DNA of 64,000 bases from Eledone cirrhosa (taxonomy: Eukaryota): NCBI GenBank assembly GCA_964016885.1, contig OZ024746.1, forward strand, positions 7,440,001-7,504,000, given 5' to 3'. The notes under the pieces are model-generated. The model searched no databases. It worked only from the letters and a program-made list of their open reading frames with translations, and had not been told where the DNA came from. This document shows, in pieces, positions 56,185 to 64,000 of this stretch; positions within the stretch are counted from its first letter, which is position 1, and every line of letters starts with the position of its first letter. The translations under genes and the position numbers were made by a program.

Positions 56185-56630
56185 GTGTAAGCAATAGACT
56201 ATATGTTTACTCTTAGAATTAAATGCTCCAACTGACTTCTCTGTTCTGAGGGCCGCCTATTTTATGGACATCGCTTCCTTTGTCCCCCAGACCCGAGAAC
56301 AAGCAGATGGACCTCACACATATTGGCAACTAAAAAAGCCATTCAGAATGTGACTTATCTACGAGACCACAGAGGTCAGCTTCTATGGTGGGCAATTTGA
56401 CAGCGTAAAAACAACTCCGTTGAAAAGAGCAATAAAATACTGCTATATAAATATTTCCGGATGATTTCATCCGAATGAAACAGTTCTAGTCCCGTAGAAG
56501 CATTTTCTATATTAAATATATATACATAAAGGAACGATCGACTTTCGTCAAATCGGACCGAGGGAACAATGTTTCCGTCGGTCTTTCCAATTGCTAATAC
56601 TATCTATCGGTCGCAACTCCAGGTAGAAGG

Positions 56631-56748
56631 AGCAACGTGAAATAAAGTGTCTTGCTCAAGGACATAACGCATCACCTGGTCCAGGAATCGAACTCACAAC
56701 CTTACGATTGCGAATCCAATTCTCTAACCACTCAGCCACATGCCTTCA
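56631..56748 (-). mobile_element. SINE family B 5' part (tRNA-like head)
   Basis: rc TGGCTGAGTGGTT A-box, GTTCGATTCC B-box, GTCCTTGAGCAAGACACTT core. Confidence 0.8.
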
Positions 56749-56771
56749 CATATATATATATATATATATAT

Positions 56772-56954
56772 ATTAGAAATAGAAGCTTTCGCCATATTTT
56801 TTTACTGAAGAAATTCTGGCCTGATAGTGGGGTTTAGAACCCTCTAAGAAATGGAAAAACATGAGTATTGACATACATGTCTGTCAATACTCATCTTTTT
56901 ATCAGGCTAAAATTTCTTTAGTAAAAAAATACGGCGGAAGCTTCTATTTCTAAT
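56772..56954. repeat. Nested foldback: 55-bp outer arms plus 13-bp inner hairpin
   Basis: 56772-56826 / 56900-56954; ATGAGTATTGACA / TGTCAATACTCAT. Confidence 0.85.
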
Positions 56955-57172
56955 TTCAAACTCGCTCGCTGTTTCAAAACAAACTTACTTTATATATATA
57001 TATATATATACATTTAGAAACACACAGATACATGCGGACACACACATATATACATGAATGCATCCGCACCCAACTGTGAGTTAAGGGTGCCAACTTCACC
57101 GATGTTGCTCAATGAATGACTGGGACAGACCAATTCAGTTTGAACCAGACTGAACCAGTATCAGAGTTAAAA

Positions 57173-57564
57173 ATACATTATGAAGAGAGAAGAAACATTT
57201 AGATATAATTAGTAATAAAATGTATCATACCTAAACTGTTCCTAAATTCCTCGACTACGTAGTTTCGTGGCATAAACAAAAACAATATATCAAAGATATA
57301 GAGTCCTTGCGAGGTCTGCCGACTTATCAAGAGGATACCTCATTTTACTAGTCTCAAGAACGCGTCTACACGACGTGAGAAAGAATCCCAAAAGGCGGAG
57401 GGGGAGATAGTCACGTGATATAACGGTCGAGAAACAGAGCTAAATATCTTTGATATATTGTTTTTGTTTATGCCACGAAACTACGTAGTCGAGGAATTTA
57501 GGAACAGTTTAGGTATGATACATTTTATTACTAATTATATCTAAATGTTTCTTCTCTCTTCATA

Positions 57565-57570
<6 letters not shown>
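57173..57570. repeat. 127-bp apparently perfect inverted repeat (57173-57299 / 57444-57570)
   Basis: Arm-by-arm reading finds no mismatch. Confidence 0.92.
57248..57335 (-). ncRNA. Type I hammerhead ribozyme motif with U3-A8 core variant
   Basis: rc TCCTC TTGATAA GTCGGCA..TGCCAC GAAAC TACGTA GTC GAGGA. Confidence 0.7.
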
Positions 57571-57622
<52 letters not shown>

Positions 57623-58644
57623 CGTGTGTGTGTGTGAAATTATGCATCTTATTATGGCTGCAGTAATGTTGATGCCTATACAATATCTGACATCATATAA
57701 ACAAGTACAAAGAAGTCAATAATCTAATTCCCGAGTCGCATGAATTGTAAAGTGAAGAAGTACAGCTCCTCTATTTTATAACAGAATATATTCGACACCA
57801 GCTGTATCTAATATAAACCAAGGGAGCCAACATGGGACCATCCTCGTTGTTGACTTCACGCTAGAACTAGCAGCTAAATCTTTCTCATATCACAGCGTGT
57901 GTCTTTTAAAAATGATACATTGACTAATGAGGTCAACTAGATGTACGAGCCCGAAGGAAAAAAAAGGCAGAATCCTTACAACTGAATAAAGCTAAACAAT
58001 ATAACACCTTTAAACCACAACTTGTTGTCTTAGAAAGGTAAACAAAAAAAAGGCATTAGGTAATGTTGCTATAGGTAATGCCTGAGTTGATGGCCACGGT
58101 TGCATGTCTTTGATTTTTGGTCTAATGGGTTAGACCTGACTTAAAGCTAAACAACAACAACGACGACAACAACAACAAAAATAACCCAATATCAGGCCCT
58201 AATATCTCTCCACTCCAATAGTATCTGCAGAGATTTCTGCTGCTCATACGGAATCAGATACATATGTTATGTCGGCTGACATATACAAAAATGTATGTTA
58301 ATGTTAAAACGATCAAGTTGACTAAAATTATTTCTCATGTATTTTACACTATTATAATTCCATCAGAAAATGTTTGAATACGCGCAAAATATTGTGTATA
58401 TTGGTGTATGTGTGTGGGTGTATGTGTGTGGGTGTATGTGTGTGGCTGATTATGTGCGCATATGTATGCATCTATCTCCACCTCAATCTTTCTCCCTTTA
58501 CACACACACATATATATTGTTATATATTTTTATATATTATTTTTCTTACCCTTCTTTTCTTATGTATATTTCCCATTATTTTTCCAGCCTCACTTCCAAT
58601 TTTTAACATATTTAAAATCTCGTTTCATATTTTTTATCCATAAC

Positions 58645-58708
58645 ATCTCTGATGACCGATCCAGACGTATATTATTATTGTCTGGGATCCAGAAACCTTT
58701 GGTAATGG
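58645..58708 (+). ncRNA. Degenerate hammerhead motif
   Basis: CTGATGA(58649) c.gatccagac..gtctgggatc.a GAAAC CTTTG GTA; stem I imperfect. Confidence 0.55.
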
Positions 58709-58772
58709 AGTAGTTATATTTTGTGTTGTTCACTTTCTAATATATATGTATATATACTAGTATAACTCATCT

Positions 58773-58860
58773 AAGCGCCTGAAGAACACGTCAAATTTTG
58801 ATACCACTGACAATCTAACGATATGGCCAATATTGGGCCTTGAAACCTTAGGTAGCGCTT
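58773..58860 (+). ncRNA. Type I hammerhead ribozyme motif; truncated paralog at about 59855-59920
   Basis: AAGCGC CTGAAGA..GAAACC TTA GGTA GCGCTT; perfect 6-bp stem I, GUA triplet, stem II uncertain. Confidence 0.7.
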
Positions 58861-58893
58861 TTGTTCTGTGTACGAACATAAATAAATAATAAT

Positions 58894-59180
<287 letters not shown>

Positions 59181-59439
59181 CGGGGGCGGTGAAACTGGGG
59201 GGAAGGGCATGGCCATCCCCAATAATTATATTGTTCTCACGAAACTACCAAAACACACATCTATTTGTATATGTGCTACAATTTATGTACATGTTATGTT
59301 TATCGCATATCGAAGTTTTCTGACCATTTTAGAGTGCAAAGAGCTAAACTAATCACTACAACTAAATTGTCCAAATTTTCCCCTCGCCCAATTCAGAAAT
59401 GCTTCCATCGCTCCTGTGTATGTATCTAATTATCTATCT

Positions 59440-59748
59440 AATGAAAGATGGGTGAAAGTGGCGAGAATGGCCCGTGTGAATGGGCCTTCACTCTACATCA
59501 GACTGTAGGTGAGGACGATGAAAGATCAAGGGAGCACCCTCTCTCTGTGTTCCTGAGGAGAAGGGTTGCACACATTTTTTTGGGGGGGGGGGGTGCGACC
59601 CTCCAAGGCGTCTCTTCCCTATTGAGGATTTTGTTATTCAATTTATTTTTGTTATTGCCTCCTCCTTATTGAGGACGCCTTTTTATGTAAACTCCCCCCA
59701 TTGTACTTGTCCCACTTTTTGATGCCCTGGTGGCAAATAAAAAGAAAG
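59440..59748 (+). mobile_element. Probable L1/Tx1-like LINE 3' end
   Basis: RWVKVARMARVNG..L* followed by 3' UTR ending AATAAAAAGAAAG. Confidence 0.45.
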
Positions 59749-59775
59749 TTATCTATCTCCGCCTCTTCCTCTCTC

Positions 59776-59851
<76 letters not shown>

Positions 59852-60059
59852 CGTATAAGCGCCTGAAGATTTAGGTCATAATTTTGATCCGTTTTACAAT
59901 CTAACGATATGAACATAAATAATATAATATAAATATATATAAAGTTATATCTGTATATATAGGCAAGAGTTTAATTATAATGTAAGTGAACATTTCAGTC
60001 TTACTTTCCTGCCTGGTCATATGGATAATAAAATATAATTATTGTTGTTTCCACAATAA

Positions 60060-60242
60060 TTGTTTCTACTTTTGGCACAAGGCCAGCAATTATTCCAGTG
60101 TATTACTGGTACTTTATTTTATCGACCCCGTAAGGATGAAAGGCAAAGTTAACCTCGACGGGATTTGAACTCAGACCGTAAAGGGACGTAACTATGCTAC
60201 AAAGCATGGTGTCCGACCCTCTACCGATACTGCCAATCCACT
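60060..60242 (-). mobile_element. SINE family A inserted in one copy of a local duplication
   Basis: Full SINE; flanks repeated without the SINE at 60779-60885. Confidence 0.88.
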
Positions 60243-61570
60243 TACCATTAGTCCAAAATAATATCGTATAATATGTTCTGAATTAGGATATTTTCGCATC
60301 TAATTTCCATTGAGCTTTTAAGGTACAACTAAACTGAGATGATTTTATCTCTATTGATATCTCTGTGTTTATGTACTACTCCCCTACTTCGTTGAATTGC
60401 TCTATTTGAAGTAGTTGGTGAGTTATTTCTAGCTCTCTTCTGAACCTCATTGCTATCCATATGGTTATTTATCGTTCAGCTCTATCCTCCTTCCCACCTA
60501 ATTTCGGCGTGATATTATTCGCTGAACAACAAATGTGAGTTCATTTTTCAATTCCAACTCCCAATGTATCGTATTTATTTTGTAGTACTAAAAGGCATAC
60601 TTACAGATGAATACCATTGCTTTAAATTTGCTAATCATCTGTTGTTGTTTTCTTTAATTATGGTAATTAGTGTAATTTTTCTCTTGGTCTGAAACTGCTG
60701 TATGGACAAGAACTTAATTATAATCTAAGGGAATATTTCAGTTTTATTTACTTTCCTATCTGGTCACGTGTATTCCAAAAATATAATTGTTGTTGTTTCC
60801 ACAATAACGAATAATATGTTCTGAGTTAGGATATTTTTACATTTAACTTTCATGAGATGATTTTATTTTGATTGACATCTGTGTATATATATATTTTTTC
60901 TATTGGTTGTAAAATAAAAACCTGAAAAAGGTTACATGCACCTCTTGACCAAGATTGAACCCAAGGCCAGGATCTCCACCGTCTCTGGTACCTACCGCTA
61001 GGCCACAGAGACAACTACGAAAATCTTATGAAAATTCAATATTTTCAAAACAAAGTGTTGTGGTGTCGTTCATGTCTTTCTTAATGTTATTGCTCCTACC
61101 TAGGTATATATACACCACCTTCACCACTGATTTGACAGATGTCTTTAACCCATTGATACCAAATATTATTTGGTCAGTAGTTCGTGTGTATGTATATAAA
61201 TATATATATATATATGTGCTTGTGTGTGTGTGTCTATATATGTATGTTTGCGTGCATAAATGAATACACTAAGCTTTAGATTTAGTAGAATGTACAACCA
61301 CTGATTCCAGCTATTTGCACTATCGTATATTTTGGTTTTTATTAATTCCCTGGGGAATTAGTTGACCAAATGCTTTGCTTAATTGTTTTATTTATTTTTT
61401 TTTTAATTATTCTTTCTCTTAGATTTCAGGTATTTTTTGAAAGCAAAGAATTGGCCCCATAAAATACTACAGTGGGCCCTGCAATTCTACTGTGGGCTCT
61501 TGCAATGCCACCGTGGACCCCATGGGGCCCACTTGCGATTGGGCCACTGTATATATATAGAACAAAACGA

Positions 61571-61668
61571 GGTTTCACATTAAGGTCATTATTGACAAGT
61601 TACGACCGTTTCTCAGATGTGAAACGGTTGTAACTGTGTACAATCAATAAAGACCTTATTGTGAAACC
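61571..61668. repeat. Hairpin centred on GTTTC-8 nt-GAAAC (HHR 3' halves)
   Basis: GAAAC GGTT GTA on + strand, GAAAC GGTC GTA on - strand. Confidence 0.8.
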
Positions 61669-61784
61669 ACATTTACCTTATTTTATAGCATTTCTGCGCA
61701 TGGGCACACCACTCTTTCTATTAAGTTTATCCCCTCAGTGTTTCGTAAAAGTCTGAGAGATCGGCTACTTATACACGATTTTGT

Positions 61785-61833
<49 letters not shown>

Positions 61834-61842
<9 letters not shown>

Positions 61843-62132
61843 AAACGAAATTCAGTGATGCATCTGAAATCAATTTATTGTGTGTTACAATTGTTTCACC
61901 GGTGGACAGCTCGAGACACGATCATTGCATGGATCTCGTCGGACACATAAAATGCTTTCGAAGCAAATTCTGTGAAAGAATTTTCTCCGAAAGCATTTGA
62001 CGTGTCCGACGAGCCCGCAGGTCCAGAGTCAGACAAGATCCATTCGTGTCTCGAGCTGTCCGCCGGCGAAACAATTGTAACACACAATAAATTGATTTCA
62101 GATGCATCACTGAATTTTCGTTTTATATTATA
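61834..62132. repeat. Inverted repeat with a CCGACGA-core HHR motif in each arm (62002-62083 +; 61881-61947 -)
   Basis: GTGT CCGACGA gcc..ggc GAAAC AATT GTA ACAC. Confidence 0.85.
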
Positions 62133-62205
62133 CCATACTCTGCTCTGTAAGAGCATAGAGTGCTCAACCGGCATACCGCCTATGGAAGCATCTTAGCTAC
62201 CATCA

Positions 62206-62252
<47 letters not shown>

Positions 62253-62509
62253 GGGGGGGGGGGTCATAAAAGATTTCTAATGGCCTACAATTCCATCTTG
62301 AAGTATGTAGTTTTATTTACATATGTGTACAAAATACTAGATGTTTTTCATTTGATATATCCTGTTATACATCGTGTATGTATGCATGTATGTATATATA
62401 TGTACGTATGTATATATCTATCTAAAAATCTATCTATCTATCTATCTTTGCTTGTCTTCCTATCTTCTGCAATGCGGGCCACAGTACCGGGGTTTGTGGC
62501 CGAAGTGAC

Positions 62510-62780
62510 TAAGTTGGAATTGTTAAGCCTCCTCGGTAAAGTCTATGCTAAGTGTCTGGCAAGGAGACGTAGGGTGATTGTCGAGTTTAAGTTAGCTGAC
62601 AAACAGTGCAGTTTTCGCCCCTGGTGCAGCACAGCTGACCAAAGATTCACACTGCGGCAAGTCTTCGAGAAATCCTTTGTTCTAAATAATTTGTCACAGC
62701 TCGGGTTTGCCAAGCCAGATTCCTGAAATATAGTTATTCTTTTCTCACATAAAAGACTTTGTAGGATCAAATCTTTTGGG
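62510..62780 (+). mobile_element. Old RTE-like RT fragment
   Basis: LLSLLGKVYAKCL..QCSFRPWCSTADQRFTLRQVFEKS. Confidence 0.8.
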
Positions 62781-63589
62781 TGGACGGGGATGGGGTGGGG
62801 GCCCCTGACTATTTATTTCTTTTGTCTGACTTTGAAATATCAGTTTAACATCTTATATTTACACCATAGAATGTACACATGGAGAAAGTTATGGAGCATA
62901 TTCCAAAGCTTACTCTAATATCACCACATTCGTGATTTGTAAAGGATGATGGGAGCTGCCCTTACGACTGTGACTAGATTCTAAAGTAAAATCTCACAGT
63001 CTATACAAACATAAATTCGCAGGCATACTTACAAACGTAAGTACAGTTACATAAGTATTGTCTATCAAGAAAATATACACGAATACATACACACACACAA
63101 ACTGGAAAATGCCGTATGCGACTAATCCAGACTCTGCTGCACTTCGGACCGAGGAGGGTAAAGTCCCCAAATATTAGTCGCCCTCCAACAGGTTTGCTGT
63201 CGAGCCCGTAGCAGTTGAGACTTCTGGTGTTCTTGGCCTTAGGACCACCCACCTCCCTACCCACCACCATCGGTACGGAGTTGGCTACCTGCAGGTGTGA
63301 GCCTCGTGAGCTGGAATCGCTCTTCCAAAAAGTCTCCCCCACCAGCCTCCGGGGAAACGCCTTCTCTATTCTGTCCACCGGGACCGTGGGGCGGTCGGTG
63401 CGTGGGCTCCCATTTGCATACAATAGTGAGAGGTGGGAGGGCGAGAGAGACGGAGGCAATGAAAGAGAGAGAACATCAACACATATTTTCCGTTATACAC
63501 CTCAAGCTAACAGATTTATAGAGATGTAGACACAAACGCTGACACAAAATATATATTTCCGTAGCGAGGCATTCACATACATGATTACC

Positions 63590-63812
63590 CTCAGTTGGGT
63601 GAAAGGTGAAGTGGATCTTGACGGAATTTGAACTCAGAAGACAGAGACCAGGAACACATATCCTCCACTCTAACAATTCTCTCAAATTAACTGCCTGGGG
63701 ATTGAACCAGTAACACATATCCTCCACTCTAACAATTCTCTCAAATTAACTGCCTGGGGATTGAACCAGGAACACATATCCTCTACTCTAACAATTCTCT
63801 CAAATTAACTGC
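63590..63812. repeat. SINE fragment (-) running into a 59-bp tandem repeat (about 3 units)
   Basis: GGAATTTGAACTCAG then ACCAG(G/T)AACACATATCC at 63647, 63706, 63765. Confidence 0.8.
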
Positions 63813-64000
63813 ATCATGACAGTATCTAGTTGCCAATTATATGTTAAAGAGATGTGATCTAATACGGGTGTGTGTGGTAGCTACGATCGATCACTGTTAC
63901 CCATCTGTCGGCGAATCGTTGCTACTTCACGGTACAGCAAAATATTCAAAATCCCAAAGCTAGGAGTTTCGATTTTTGCTAGGTGTTCCTTAACAACTTG

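Noticed and set aside
56660-56748. tRNA gene (also 16715-16780 and SINE heads)
   Set aside because: A and B boxes present but no complete cloverleaf; continues into SINE core

Overview
Eukaryotic, AT-rich, repeat-saturated genomic window, most likely from an octopod cephalopod. That assignment rests on recalled octopus-type tRNA-derived SINEs and RTE, Dong/R4, CRE and Penelope repeats, not on a database search. It holds no intact long gene: almost all long ORFs in the track are artefacts of micro- and minisatellites. Real content: (i) about a dozen minisatellites, many of which visibly arose inside transposons; (ii) many SINE copies plus decayed RTE, Dong/R4, CRE, Tx1-like, Penelope (GIY-YIG), mariner, hAT, Chapaev3-like and Helitron fragments, and a solo LTR with a 5-bp TSD; (iii) a few short, phase-compatible candidate exons of an unidentified minus-strand host gene; (iv) a 200-N gap. 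The most striking signal is about 10 type-I hammerhead-ribozyme (HHR) motifs from several unrelated non-coding families. Some carry variant cores (U3-A8 covariation, U4C, U4A). Many lie in long fold-back inverted repeats next to (TA)n tracts, and several of these fold back right at HHR stem II. This looks like a diverse population of Penelope-pLTR-derived, ribozyme-bearing foldback elements. A chimeric RTE-3'-end plus SINE insertion inside one 14-bp TSD is also present.
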